From Sedimentisphaerales bacterium (GTDB lineage: Bacteria > Planctomycetota > Phycisphaerae > Sedimentisphaerales > SM23-30): a stretch of DNA of 64,000 nucleotides. Location of the stretch: assembly GCA_963666285.1 (NCBI GenBank), contig OY762711.1, one strand, 5' to 3'. The notes under the pieces are model-generated. The model did no database searches and was not told the origin of the DNA. It was given only the letters and a program-made list of their open reading frames with translations. A program made the position numbers and the translations under genes. Positions 1 through 9,039 of this stretch are shown here, piece by piece (positions within the stretch are counted from its first letter, which is position 1; each line of letters begins with the position of its first letter).

Positions 1-2
1 CG

Positions 3-83
3 GAACTGCCGGAAGATGTGATTAAAGGAACGCGAGATAAATATATCGAAGCTTACGAAAAGTTGAGCGGACACGAATTTTAA
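3..83 (+). CDS. purC: 3' end of phosphoribosylaminoimidazole-succinocarboxamide (SAICAR) synthase, partial
   Basis: Manual translation ELPEDVIKGTRDKYIEAYEKLSGHEF* matches the typical PurC C-terminus (PELP..V...T..KY.EAYE.LTG). Truncated by the window edge. Confidence 0.75.
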   Translation, partial: ELPEDVIKGTRDKYIEAYEKLSGHEF

Positions 84-115
84 TTTATACTTAGCGGTTT
101 GCCGCTAAGTATAAA
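84..115. repeat. Perfect 14-bp inverted repeat (hairpin) directly after the purC stop
   Basis: TTTATACTTAGCGG-tttg-CCGCTAAGTATAAA. Confidence 0.85.
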
Positions 116-176
116 AGTGAAGAGTGAAGAACGAAGAGTGAAGAATTTCGGTGTTGCTGCGCAACCTTGTTTTAAA
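116..176 (+). repeat. REP-like module, family B copy 1 (heptamer run + GGTGT-hairpin-TTGTTTTAAA)
   Basis: The 32-nt AGTGAAGAGTGAAGAACGAAGAGTGAAGAATT is identical at 116-147 and 3399-3430. It is followed by GGTGTTGCTGCGCAACCTTGTTTTAAA. Confidence 0.75.
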
Positions 177-192
177 TAAATACAGATATAAC

Positions 193-227
193 AAAAGCCT
201 CGGATGGTAATACCACCGGGGCTTTTT
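193..227. terminator. Bidirectional intrinsic terminator between convergent genes
   Basis: AAAAGCCTCGG...CCGGGGCTTTTT stem with A and T tails. Confidence 0.7.
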
Positions 228-249
228 CATATTAATTTATTAGGAAAAC

Positions 250-609
250 TTACTTGGAAACATCAGGTGGGTAAACATTAAACATGATTACCATCGAGAT
301 TATAAAAGCTACCAAAGCTACAACATACCCCAAACATAGACTTTTGAAAAATTGCCAGCCGGTTATATTATCTAATACCCGTCTCACAGCATAAATCACT
401 GGTGTTATTGCATATAAAGACCAATACTGGATAATTGCAAAATCATCTCCTAAATCGTTAAAATATGCAATTATTGTAATACAATAGGTTACTACAACTA
501 TCGATAATACCGCCAACTTAAACCCGAATTTAACTTTATAAAAAGTAAAACATCCGTAATAAACCATAAATGGAAAATGTAATATTATAAAAATGCCGAT
601 ATCTTCCAT
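250..609 (-). CDS. Small hypothetical membrane protein (about 4 TM helices)
   Basis: 119 aa hydrophobic ORF starting 3 nt after the rnr stop; AT-rich. Confidence 0.6.
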   Translation of the reverse strand: MEDIGIFIILHFPFMVYYGCFTFYKVKFGFKLAVLSIVVVTYCITIIAYFNDLGDDFAIIQYWSLYAITPVIYAVRRVLDNITGWQFFKSLCLGYVVALVAFIISMVIMFNVYPPDVSK

Positions 610-612
610 AAC

Positions 613-2808
613 TTATGCCTCGACGATGTCCATTTCGAGCTTTCTGGCATGCGGGTGGACATCAACGATACGTACTTTCATACGTCTGCCGAGCTTAAAC
701 GGACAAGTTTCAGAGAATTTGGCCTTTGCAGCGTTGCGGTCCTTTTTGCGATCTTTTCGATTTTTCTTTTTCTTAGGAGCTCCGCCCTTCTTGCGGGCCT
801 GTGCCATAGCATAATTCTGGACGACTTTTGCCTCTAAGAACCCGTCCACCATATACTTATCGAGCTCGATAAATATTCCCTTATCGATAATAGATATAAC
901 TATGCCGGGCAGATCTTCTCCGATATGCTTTTCGAGCAGCTGCATGAGCATAAACTCTTTGAGGTCGTTTTCGGCGGCCTCCGCGTTGCGTTCGCGTTCG
1001 GAGCAATGGATGCCCATAGGGTCAAGCTGATCGTAGCTCGGATAGTCTGAGGCATTATCTTTGGTGAGTTTGCCGGTGATATAGTCATTGAGCAGGCGAT
1101 GCACCATAAGGTCCGGGTAGCGTCTGATCGGGCTGGTAAAGTGGCAGTAGTTTTCACTGGCAAGAGCGTAATGGCCGATATGGGCCGGCCTGTATTCAGC
1201 CTTTTGCATGGATCGCAGAACAGCAATATTGATAATCTTGCCTTCAGGTTTGCCTTCGATACTTTCCAGAAGCTGTTGTAAGCCGAAGCGGTCAATACTC
1301 TTAGGAACATCATAGCCGCAATCTCGCAGTACCTGTACCATGCGTCCAGATGTAAGTGTATCCGGTTCGGGGTGGATACGCCGCAGAAACTCGACATTTA
1401 TGCCATCGAACAGGCGGGCGACTGCCTCGTTGGCCTCTAGCATGAACATCTCGATAACCGTATGCGAGAAAGTCGAGCTTTCGGGCCTGGCATCGATGGG
1501 CCGCCCTGTATCAGAAAGGACCACTTCCGATTTTGGTATATCCAGCCGCAGCATACCCTGCTCGTGTCGTCGTTTATCGATAATGCGAGCGAGCTTAGTC
1601 ATATTTTTGACTAGTTTTACCGCTTCCGGAGCGAGGTCGGGTGTGTCCAGACCGTCGATAATACGGTCGGCATCTTCGTATGTCAGCCGCTGCATGGACC
1701 GCATAACGCTATTGGCAAAGCGTGTCTTTACCGGATGGCCCATAGAGTTTAGCTCGATATAAACACTTTTTGCGAATCGATCCTGGTTGGGCTGGAGCGA
1801 ACACAGGCCGTTACTGAGCAGCTCAGGCAACATCGGTACGACATGGCCGGGCAGATAAACACTGGTAGCGCGGGCGTATGCCTGTTCGTCGAGTTTCGTG
1901 CCATCTTTGACAAAAGTACTTACGTCGGCAATGTGTACACCTAGCAGCCAATGGCCGTGCTCGAGCTGCTTGAGACTGATGGCATCGTCGAAATCGCGTG
2001 CATCTTCGGGGTCGATGGTGATGATAATTTCGTTGCGGATATCCTCACGTCGTCCCTGGTCGATCTCTTCCTGAGGATCGAAGTTACTAACCGCTTCACG
2101 GGCATCATTCATCGCTTTTTTGGAGAATTTATCTTCGATTTCGAATCTGGCAAGCGTGCTTTTGAGCTCGGCTGACGGTGTTCCGCTGCGACCGAGTTTT
2201 TTTAGGATAACGCCGTAAGCAAAGAAAGTATGGTCGCCATAATCAACAATCTCAACCTGTACCTTATCGCCTGGTTTGCAGTTTTTGGCACCCGGATCGT
2301 CAACGGTAATAAGTTCGTTATCTCTTGCACCATCAGGCTTTACAAACCAGTATTTTCCTCGTTTTTCGAGCGTGCCGGCTGTCTGGCGGGTAGCTCTCTG
2401 CAGGATATCGACAATCTGGCCGATATACCTTGGCTTGCCGTCGGCACGTCGTCCGCGTATGTTTACTGTGACGACAACCCTGTCGCCATGAGCGGCGTCC
2501 ATGGCACTGGAAAGTGGTACGAATACATCGCCGGCAGCGGTGCGAGTGTCGGGCCGTACAAACCCGAAGTCCTGGCGGGTAGTTTCGAATCTGCCGGTAA
2601 GCCGTTTTGGATGTAGAGGCGGGACAATGGTTTTATGTTCGGAAATGCTGATGGCCTGATCCTTTTCCAGCAGGTCTATTGCCTGGTGGAAGATGTCCAT
2701 CTCCTGCTCGGATACTTTTAGTATTTTAGCAAGCGATTTGGCGGAACTAGGTCTGTAATCATCCCTGGATACAACTTTTACGATTCTATCGAAAAAACGC
2801 TGAGGCAT
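613..2808 (-). CDS. rnr: Ribonuclease R
   Basis: Cold-shock domains (FGFV), RNB catalytic motif TIDPEDARDFDDA, HFTSPIRRYPDL, C-terminal S1 domain. Confidence 0.95.
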   Translation of the reverse strand: MPQRFFDRIVKVVSRDDYRPSSAKSLAKILKVSEQEMDIFHQAIDLLEKDQAISISEHKTIVPPLHPKRLTGRFETTRQDFGFVRPDTRTAAGDVFVPLSSAMDAAHGDRVVVTVNIRGRRADGKPRYIGQIVDILQRATRQTAGTLEKRGKYWFVKPDGARDNELITVDDPGAKNCKPGDKVQVEIVDYGDHTFFAYGVILKKLGRSGTPSAELKSTLARFEIEDKFSKKAMNDAREAVSNFDPQEEIDQGRREDIRNEIIITIDPEDARDFDDAISLKQLEHGHWLLGVHIADVSTFVKDGTKLDEQAYARATSVYLPGHVVPMLPELLSNGLCSLQPNQDRFAKSVYIELNSMGHPVKTRFANSVMRSMQRLTYEDADRIIDGLDTPDLAPEAVKLVKNMTKLARIIDKRRHEQGMLRLDIPKSEVVLSDTGRPIDARPESSTFSHTVIEMFMLEANEAVARLFDGINVEFLRRIHPEPDTLTSGRMVQVLRDCGYDVPKSIDRFGLQQLLESIEGKPEGKIINIAVLRSMQKAEYRPAHIGHYALASENYCHFTSPIRRYPDLMVHRLLNDYITGKLTKDNASDYPSYDQLDPMGIHCSERERNAEAAENDLKEFMLMQLLEKHIGEDLPGIVISIIDKGIFIELDKYMVDGFLEAKVVQNYAMAQARKKGGAPKKKKNRKDRKKDRNAAKAKFSETCPFKLGRRMKVRIVDVHPHARKLEMDIVEA

Positions 2809-3201
2809 TTATAATTCTCCCATAAATGGCGTATTAACAGTACTCTTACAGTACATTTCAGATTTATTTTAAACGGTATGCCCTAACCAAGCAATAAGAA
2901 TATTGGTAATACCTAATGCAGTTTGATTTGGTTCACAGATATTGATATCCCAATAGATATAGATCAGTTTTTTATATGCATGTTGCAGGATGTTATATTA
3001 TAGCATGATATACGAGGTGTTGGCAAAAAAATAATGCACTAATGGACACGGCGGGTGAACGGAAACGCACGGCAAGATAACGGCGGATAGAGGAACGATA
3101 ACGCAGCCATCTCGCAGCAGCGCGGCGGGAAGAAGAGCTGAAACCGGCTGAGTCGGGCAGCGGCGACGGACGGTATTAAGGCGAACGCAAACGGAACCTA
3201 T

Positions 3202-3238
3202 GCGGCGGGCAGCGGCGGGCAGCGGCGGGCAACGGCGG
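3202..3238 (+). repeat. 10-bp tandem repeat (GCGGCGGGCA)x3 plus a partial copy, inside a T-poor GC-rich tract
   Basis: Read directly from the sequence. Confidence 0.85.
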
Positions 3239-3398
3239 TAAGAAGAGCTCTTGTGGTATAACGGCTGGTATGCAGAGCCATCGCGGCGATAGTGCGGCGG
3301 CCAACGGAAGGTGCGCGGCGGGCCACGGAGCCATAGCGGCAGGAAACAGCTCTGAACAAATTTACCCGATTTTCACCGCTGGGCAGACCAGATAATTG

Positions 3399-3473
3399 AG
3401 TGAAGAGTGAAGAACGAAGAGTGAAGAATTGAGGTGTTCGCCTATCGGCTCACAACTAATTTTAAAGCTGACG
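3399..3473 (+). repeat. REP-like module, family B copy 2
   Basis: Same 32-nt heptamer run as 116-147, then GGTGTT...TTTTAAAGCTGACG. Confidence 0.75.
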
Positions 3474-3560
3474 CGTGAGTAAAGTTTATGTCAAAATTTC
3501 AGTATCTGTCTGAAGTCTGAAAATTAAGAGGAGCGGCGAGCTTCGCTAAATTAAAAATTA

Positions 3561-3655
3561 AAAGTGAAAAGTGAAAAGTGAAAAATTCCGGTGTCCTGAT
3601 GTACGTTGACATCAGGAATAATTCGCTGCGGCTCACGACTTGTTTAAAGCTGACG
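3561..3655 (+). repeat. REP-like module, family B copy 3 (long-hairpin variant)
   Basis: (AAAGTGA)n, then GGTGTCCTGATGTACGTTGACATCAGGA...CTCACGACTTGTTTAAAGCTGACG; near-identical to 4458-4530. Confidence 0.8.
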
Positions 3656-3690
3656 TGAGGGAAAGTTTTTCTCGAAAATGTGATAAATGG

Positions 3691-3801
3691 ATGAAGTATG
3701 AAGTATGAAGTATGAAGTATGAAGTATGAAGTATGAAGTATGAAGTATGAAGTATGAAGTATGAAGTATGAAGTATGAAGTATGAAGTATGAAGTATGAA
3801 G
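3691..3801. repeat. Heptamer tandem repeat (ATGAAGT) x ~16
   Basis: 111 nt perfect array: 15 full units plus ATGAAG. Confidence 0.97.
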
Positions 3802-3814
3802 GAAGGTGGAGGAT

Positions 3815-3846
3815 AAAAAAAAGCACTTTGGTTTTGCCCAAAGTGC
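3815..3846 (-). terminator. Intrinsic terminator downstream of the 3935-4243 ORF
   Basis: - strand GCACTTTGG-gcaaaa-CCAAAGTGC followed by T8. Confidence 0.75.
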
Positions 3847-3934
3847 GTTGACCCCTTTTTCATAATATCGTATTGGGACAGCGATATTATTCCGGCCTAC
3901 GCCCTGCCACAAACAGCCGGGAGTAAACCGGAAA

Positions 3935-4243
3935 CTACGAGCTGAAGTTGTTTCTGTCAGACAGCTTTGAAGCCAGGTGTGATCTGGTGTCTGATTCTCC
4001 CATAAGGTGGTGTATAATGCCATATGATAATTTTCCTGTCCCGTCTTCATCTTCATAAAGGCAATTTTCAGTTTGATTGCTGTTTGACATGCCTACAGTT
4101 TCAAAAGTCCAGATAACAGTGGTATCGGACCAGTTTTCAAGGTCTTTAGGATTGGAAGTATCGATTAAAACGGGGGTTGCGATAGTAACCTTACAGGCCA
4201 TAACTATCAAAAGCAAAATAACATGATTTAGATTACTAACCAT
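3935..4243 (-). CDS. Small putative secreted hypothetical protein (possibly truncated)
   Basis: RBS AAAGGAAAA before ATG, hydrophobic N-terminus, downstream terminator. Confidence 0.45.
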   Translation of the reverse strand: MVSNLNHVILLLIVMACKVTIATPVLIDTSNPKDLENWSDTTVIWTFETVGMSNSNQTENCLYEDEDGTGKLSYGIIHHLMGESDTRSHLASKLSDRNNFSS

Positions 4244-4405
4244 ATAGTTTTCCTTTAGCGATTAGAATACTATAAGTCTCTATTGAATTATTCAATATTT
4301 TCCGGGGAAAAGCAAGGAGAGTAAAAGAAAAGGCGGCGGCGAATAGAACTAAGAGTTTATAACAGATACTAATAGTAAGGTTTATGCTATGCATCATATG
4401 CATGG

Positions 4406-4594
4406 CGCACTTTTGACTGTTCAACGTTATACGCAAAGGCCGGAACAGGACCAATTAAGTGAAAAATTAAGGTGTCCTGATGTACGTTGACATCAGGAGT
4501 AATTCGCTATCGTCTCACGCTTTGTTTAAAACATAAGCGTTGCAGAAAGGCCCTTTTAGGCGATTTATGCAACTTAAAAACTGCGAAAGTAAAC
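4406..4594 (-). repeat. Dispersed structured repeat, family A copy 1 (central part replaced by a family B module at 4458-4530)
   Basis: CGCACTTTTGACTGTTCAAC...GCAAAGGCCGGAACAGG and GGCCCTTTTAGGCGATTT...CTTAAAAACTGCGAAAGTAAAC are shared with 10942-11122 and 17735-17916. Confidence 0.85.
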
Positions 4595-4604
4595 TAAGAT
4601 ATAA

Positions 4605-4765
4605 GGGCACCTCTAAAAAATCATTTTTAGCGAAAGATGGATTTTTTGCTTGCTGGTCTGCGTCAGATAAAACCGCGAATATAGCCCAATATGCAAGATT
4701 TTATCTTTCTTGCCGGCAAATAAAACTCCTCACTTTCGCAACAAAAGCAATTTCTAGAAGTACCC
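4605..4765. mobile_element. MITE-like element with long imperfect terminal inverted repeats and a 4-bp ATAA flanking duplication
   Basis: Left end GGGCACCTCTAAAAA; the right end reverse-complements to GGGTACTTCTAGAAA (12/15). ATAA at 4601-4604 and 4766-4769. No transposase. Confidence 0.65.
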
Positions 4766-4815
4766 ATAAGTAAAAAGAAATAAGCTAAGGTGTCGCTTAT
4801 CGCGACCTATTTAAT

Positions 4816-4866
4816 AGCTCCGCTAAATACAGATTCTGACGCAAATAACGCACCTGTGAATGCTTA
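4816..4866 (+). repeat. Dispersed ~50-bp repeat, family C copy 1
   Basis: AGCTCCGCTAAATACAGATTCTGACGCAAATAACGCACCTGTGAATGCTTA closely matches 31613-31662. Confidence 0.8.
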
Positions 4867-4874
4867 CAAGTAAT

Positions 4875-4918
4875 AAAAAACACCGACATAGCGTTCGGGG
4901 GAAATCGCTATATCGGTG
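4875..4918 (-). terminator. Intrinsic terminator of the hydCBA operon
   Basis: CACCGA.ATAGCG...CGCTAT.TCGGTG stem with a T6 tail on the - strand. Confidence 0.7.
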
Positions 4919-5013
4919 CAGCTTAAAGTTGATAAGTCTTCAGTAAAAATGTAAAGTGTAAATTTCAGGTATTACCAAAGGTACTACGTTACACTTCATT
5001 CATTTTTTATGTA

Positions 5014-7020
5014 CTACTTTGATTTTGCCAGATGGTTGTTAAGTTCAGCCATCAGCTTATCGATATTACAGGCACTAATAACCTTGTCATTTATCCTCAC
5101 GTTCGGGCCGGAATCGCATTTTTCAAAGCAGAATGTAGCTTTGACATCGACATCGGTAATATTTTCCGCTTCCAGCCGGTCGAGCAGCTCGTGCATAAGC
5201 TTTTGTGAGCCTTTGAGGTAGCAGCTGGTACCAACACAAACCCTGACCTTGACGGCAGCTTCAGAATTACTCTCAGTAACAGAGAAATCCATATCGCTCA
5301 TGCGTTTGCGGCTGCTGTATCCGGTGTGTAAGGTATGGTGAGCCTTATGGCCGCCGATTTCGCCGTCGAAACAATCATCGTAGCACTTGGTGAGGAACGG
5401 ATTGTCCTGGCTCTTGTGCAGCTGCAGCTGTTTATCGTTGCGATAGATGCCAGCGGTACGCTTGGCGGTAGTTTCGGTAGTCCAACCTTCCGGCTGACCG
5501 GCACCTGAAACACAACCACCCGGACAGCTCATAACCTCTACGATATCGTAGTCACATTTTCCGGCACGAATCTCTTCGGCGATCTTTTTGGCGTTTGCCA
5601 GTCCGTGGACGATTGCGAGTTTCAATTTGACCTCGCCAACTTCGAGTTCGGCAATCTTGGTATTTTCCGGACCGCGTACTTCGTGGAAGTCACATTCGTC
5701 CAGAGTCTTGCCGGTAACTTTTTCGGCGGCATAACGGAGTACAGCTTCGCTGACACCGCCGGTAACGCCGAAGATTACGCCTGCACCGGTCTTGAAGCCA
5801 AGCGGCATATCAAGAGCTTCCGGTTCGATATTTTCGAAATCTATACCGGCTTCGCGGATCATCTGGCCGAGCTCCTTGGTAGTCAGAACCGCCTGAACAT
5901 CGGGCAGCCCGTCGACAGCAAATTCGCCACGGCCAGCCTCGAACTTCTTGGCGGTACAAGGCATGATTGAAACAGTATAGATATCTTCGTTAGAGACACC
6001 AAGCTGTTCCGGCAATATCTTTCGAGATACGGCCCCGAACATCTGCTGAGGGCTCTTACATGTTGACAGATGGTTGAGCAGGTCAGGGAAATACTGCTCG
6101 GCATACTTGACCCATGCCGGGCAGCAAGAAGTCATAATCGGGAGGTTTTCGCCCTTGGCCTTGCGTTCGAGGAACTCGTTGGCCTCTTCCAGTACAGTCA
6201 TGTCAGCGGCGAAAGAAGTGTCAAACACCCTGTCAAAACCTATCCGATTCAAGGCCGCAACAATTTTGCCGGTAGTAACTTCGCCGGACGGGATATTGAA
6301 CATTTCACCGATTGCAACGCGAACAGCGGGAGCAATCTGGGCGATAACCTTTTTCTTAGGATCGTTGACAGCTTTCCATACCTGTTCAACGTCATTTTTG
6401 ACGGTGATAGCACCAGTCGGGCAGACGTTGGCACACAGGCCACAGTATACACACTCGACCTTGTCGAGATTTTTGCCGAAGGCAGGCTGAACAATAGTCT
6501 TTGCGCCACGGTTAGCAAAATCGATAGCCCCTATGCCCTGCAGTTCGGCACAGGCACGAACACAGTCGCCACATAGAATACATTTATCCGGGTCGCGAAC
6601 AATAGACGGGTTGCTGTTGTCAACCGGGTAGTGAGTCTTGGAACGTTTGAACCGAACATCCTTAACGCCCATCTTGCTGGCCAGTTCCTGAAGTCTGCAA
6701 TGAGTGCTTTTGGCACAGGTAGTACAGTCGGTATGGTTATTAGCCAGCAGCAGTTCCATGAAAACCTTACGCATTTCACGGAGCTGACCGGTATGGGTTT
6801 TAACTTTCATGCCGGCTTTGGGTGTGATAGAGCAAGAAGCCTGGATGCCCATTTTTTCGATTTCAACGATACAAAGGCGGCAAGCGCCGTATACGCTAAG
6901 CTCAGAATGGTAACAGAAGGTCGGCAGCTCGATCTTAGCCTTTCGAATAACTTCCAGAAGATTCTTCTCGCCTTCGAGCAGAACGTTTTTTCCGTTTATA
7001 TTTACATATTCTTTATTCAT
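5014..7020 (-). CDS. hydA: [FeFe]-hydrogenase catalytic subunit, group A3 (bifurcating), with C-terminal thioredoxin-like [2Fe-2S] domain
   Basis: H-cluster motifs TSCCPAW, MPCTAKKFE and EVMSCPGGC; N-terminal 2Fe-2S, His-ligated 4Fe-4S and 2x4Fe-4S motifs; C-terminal CVGTSC...CFEKC. Confidence 0.95.
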   Translation of the reverse strand: MNKEYVNINGKNVLLEGEKNLLEVIRKAKIELPTFCYHSELSVYGACRLCIVEIEKMGIQASCSITPKAGMKVKTHTGQLREMRKVFMELLLANNHTDCTTCAKSTHCRLQELASKMGVKDVRFKRSKTHYPVDNSNPSIVRDPDKCILCGDCVRACAELQGIGAIDFANRGAKTIVQPAFGKNLDKVECVYCGLCANVCPTGAITVKNDVEQVWKAVNDPKKKVIAQIAPAVRVAIGEMFNIPSGEVTTGKIVAALNRIGFDRVFDTSFAADMTVLEEANEFLERKAKGENLPIMTSCCPAWVKYAEQYFPDLLNHLSTCKSPQQMFGAVSRKILPEQLGVSNEDIYTVSIMPCTAKKFEAGRGEFAVDGLPDVQAVLTTKELGQMIREAGIDFENIEPEALDMPLGFKTGAGVIFGVTGGVSEAVLRYAAEKVTGKTLDECDFHEVRGPENTKIAELEVGEVKLKLAIVHGLANAKKIAEEIRAGKCDYDIVEVMSCPGGCVSGAGQPEGWTTETTAKRTAGIYRNDKQLQLHKSQDNPFLTKCYDDCFDGEIGGHKAHHTLHTGYSSRKRMSDMDFSVTESNSEAAVKVRVCVGTSCYLKGSQKLMHELLDRLEAENITDVDVKATFCFEKCDSGPNVRINDKVISACNIDKLMAELNNHLAKSK

Positions 7021-7058
7021 TGTATATTAAACCTCGTTTAGAGTTTTTCTTATAACTT

Positions 7059-8957
7059 CTATTTAACACCGACAATCGCATCGAACTTACAAACGTCAGC
7101 ACATGTTCCACATTTGATACATTTATCAACATCAATCTTATATGGTTTCTTGATCTCGCCGCTGATAGCATCAACCGGGCATTTTTTGGCACATGCGGAA
7201 CAGCCTTTACACAGTTCAGCGATAATTTCCGGTTTGGCCAAAGCCTTGCACTGACCTGCGGGGCAGTATCCATCGATGACATGAGCATCGTACTCATCCC
7301 TGAAGAGCTGCAAGGTTGTTAATACAGGGTTTGGAGCGGTCTTGCCGAGCCCGCAGAGCGAGCCGAACTTGACTGAACGTGCGAGGACTTCAAGTTTTTC
7401 AATTGTCTGCATGTCGGCTCTGCCCTCGATAATATCTTCGAGCAGCATAAGCATCTGCCTGGTACCTTCACGACAAGGGACACACTTTCCACAAGATTCG
7501 TTCTGGGCGAACTGCATGAAGAAATGTGCGATTTTGATCATACAGGTGTTTTTGTTCATAACAACCAGTCCGCCGGAACCTACCATAGCGCCAATGCTCT
7601 GGAGCGAGTCGAAATCGAGCGGCAGGTCGAGGTGGTCTTTGGTCAGACATCCGCCAGAAGGACCGCCAACCTGTACGGCTTTGAAGCCATCTTCCATGAT
7701 ATTACCGGAATCGTCGGTAATACCGCCGCCAATATCAAAGACAATTTCACGTAGCTTGGTGCCGAAAGGAACCTCGATCAGTCCGGCGTTAGCGACATGG
7801 CCTGTCAGAGCGAATGTCTTGGTGCCGGGAGAGGTTTCGGTACCAACGCTGCGGAAAGTTTCTGCACCGTTGGAGATTATGTATGGAATAGTGGCAAGAG
7901 TTTCGACATTATTGATAACGGTAGGTTTGTCCCATAGCCCTTTTTGAGCCGGGAACGGAGGTTTTGGTCTCGGCATGCCACGCTGACCTTCGATAGAAGC
8001 GATAAGAGCGGTTTCCTCGCCGCAAACGAACGCACCAGCACCTTCCATAACAGTACATTTAATACTCTTGCCGGTGCCGAAGATATCGTCGCCGAATATG
8101 CCTTTCGCCTCGGCGTCAACAGCAGCCTTGCGAACTCGCTGAACCGCAAGCGGATATTCAGCACGCACATAGATATAAATCTCATCGGCTTCGATAGCAC
8201 GCGCGGCAATCATACAGCCTTCGAGTACGCGGTGCGGGTTACCTTCCATAAGAGAGCGGTCCATAAACGCACCTGGGTCACCTTCGTCACCATTACAGAT
8301 AACATATTTCTTTTCGTTCTTTTCGACCAGAGTCAGATTCCATTTGAGCCCGGTGAGGAACCCACCGCCGCCACGGCCGCGCAGCCCTGATTTCTGGACC
8401 TCGTCGCATACTTCCTTCGGAGTCATTTCAGTGTATGCCTTGCAAGCAGCCTGATAACCACCGATAGCGAAATATTCTCCGATATCTTCAGGGTCGATCT
8501 GGCCGCATTCGCCGAGAATAAGGCGATTTTGACGGGCATAGAAAACGACATCGTCAGTAGTTTCCTTTTTCTCACGAGTTGCCGGGTCAACATAAAGTAA
8601 TCTTTCTACAGGTTTGCCGTTGATTACGGTTTCAGTAACAATCTCGGCAGCATCTTCGGCTTTGACATGGGTATAGAAGAATCCTTCAGGGTAGACAGTC
8701 ACAAGCGGACCGACCTGGCAGAATCCCTGGCAACCACTGCCAGAGACATGTACAGTTCCATCCTCACAAGGCTTGAACTCAACCATAGCCTTAACGCCAT
8801 TAGCCTCGATAGCCTTTACCAGTGCATCTCTGACCTCATTAGAACCGTTGGCGACACATCCGGTACCGGCACAGACTACTATTCGCTTACCAACCTTTGC
8901 CGCAGCATCGGTATAGCTCTGGCAGGCTTTTTTCAAATCATCTATCGTCTTTATCAT
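7059..8957 (-). CDS. hydB: NADH/FMN-binding diaphorase subunit (NuoF-like) of the bifurcating hydrogenase
   Basis: GLRGRGGGGF, NGDEGDPGAFMDR, GAFVCGEETAL, ESCGKCVPCREG, C-terminal 2x4Fe-4S. Confidence 0.95.
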   Translation of the reverse strand: MIKTIDDLKKACQSYTDAAAKVGKRIVVCAGTGCVANGSNEVRDALVKAIEANGVKAMVEFKPCEDGTVHVSGSGCQGFCQVGPLVTVYPEGFFYTHVKAEDAAEIVTETVINGKPVERLLYVDPATREKKETTDDVVFYARQNRLILGECGQIDPEDIGEYFAIGGYQAACKAYTEMTPKEVCDEVQKSGLRGRGGGGFLTGLKWNLTLVEKNEKKYVICNGDEGDPGAFMDRSLMEGNPHRVLEGCMIAARAIEADEIYIYVRAEYPLAVQRVRKAAVDAEAKGIFGDDIFGTGKSIKCTVMEGAGAFVCGEETALIASIEGQRGMPRPKPPFPAQKGLWDKPTVINNVETLATIPYIISNGAETFRSVGTETSPGTKTFALTGHVANAGLIEVPFGTKLREIVFDIGGGITDDSGNIMEDGFKAVQVGGPSGGCLTKDHLDLPLDFDSLQSIGAMVGSGGLVVMNKNTCMIKIAHFFMQFAQNESCGKCVPCREGTRQMLMLLEDIIEGRADMQTIEKLEVLARSVKFGSLCGLGKTAPNPVLTTLQLFRDEYDAHVIDGYCPAGQCKALAKPEIIAELCKGCSACAKKCPVDAISGEIKKPYKIDVDKCIKCGTCADVCKFDAIVGVK

Positions 8958-9039
8958 TTTATCAGCTCTCCGCTTTATAATAGGTAATAGGTATTAGGTT
9001 TCAGGACAGTTTACGCCTGACGGCGAAACAGCCCCCATA

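Noticed and set aside
3691..3801. Possible CRISPR array
   Set aside because: Pure 7-bp tandem repeat with no spacers; no cas genes in the window.
3499..4056. ORFs of 185, 76 and 65 aa with FILHTSY repeats
   Set aside because: Artefacts of translating the stop-free heptamer array; they also cross a terminator.
4816..4866. c-di-GMP-I riboswitch-like words (GACGCAAA here; GCAAAC...GACGCAAA at 31613-31662)
   Set aside because: No GAAA tetraloop or receptor stem, and not 5' of a co-oriented gene; treated as a dispersed repeat.
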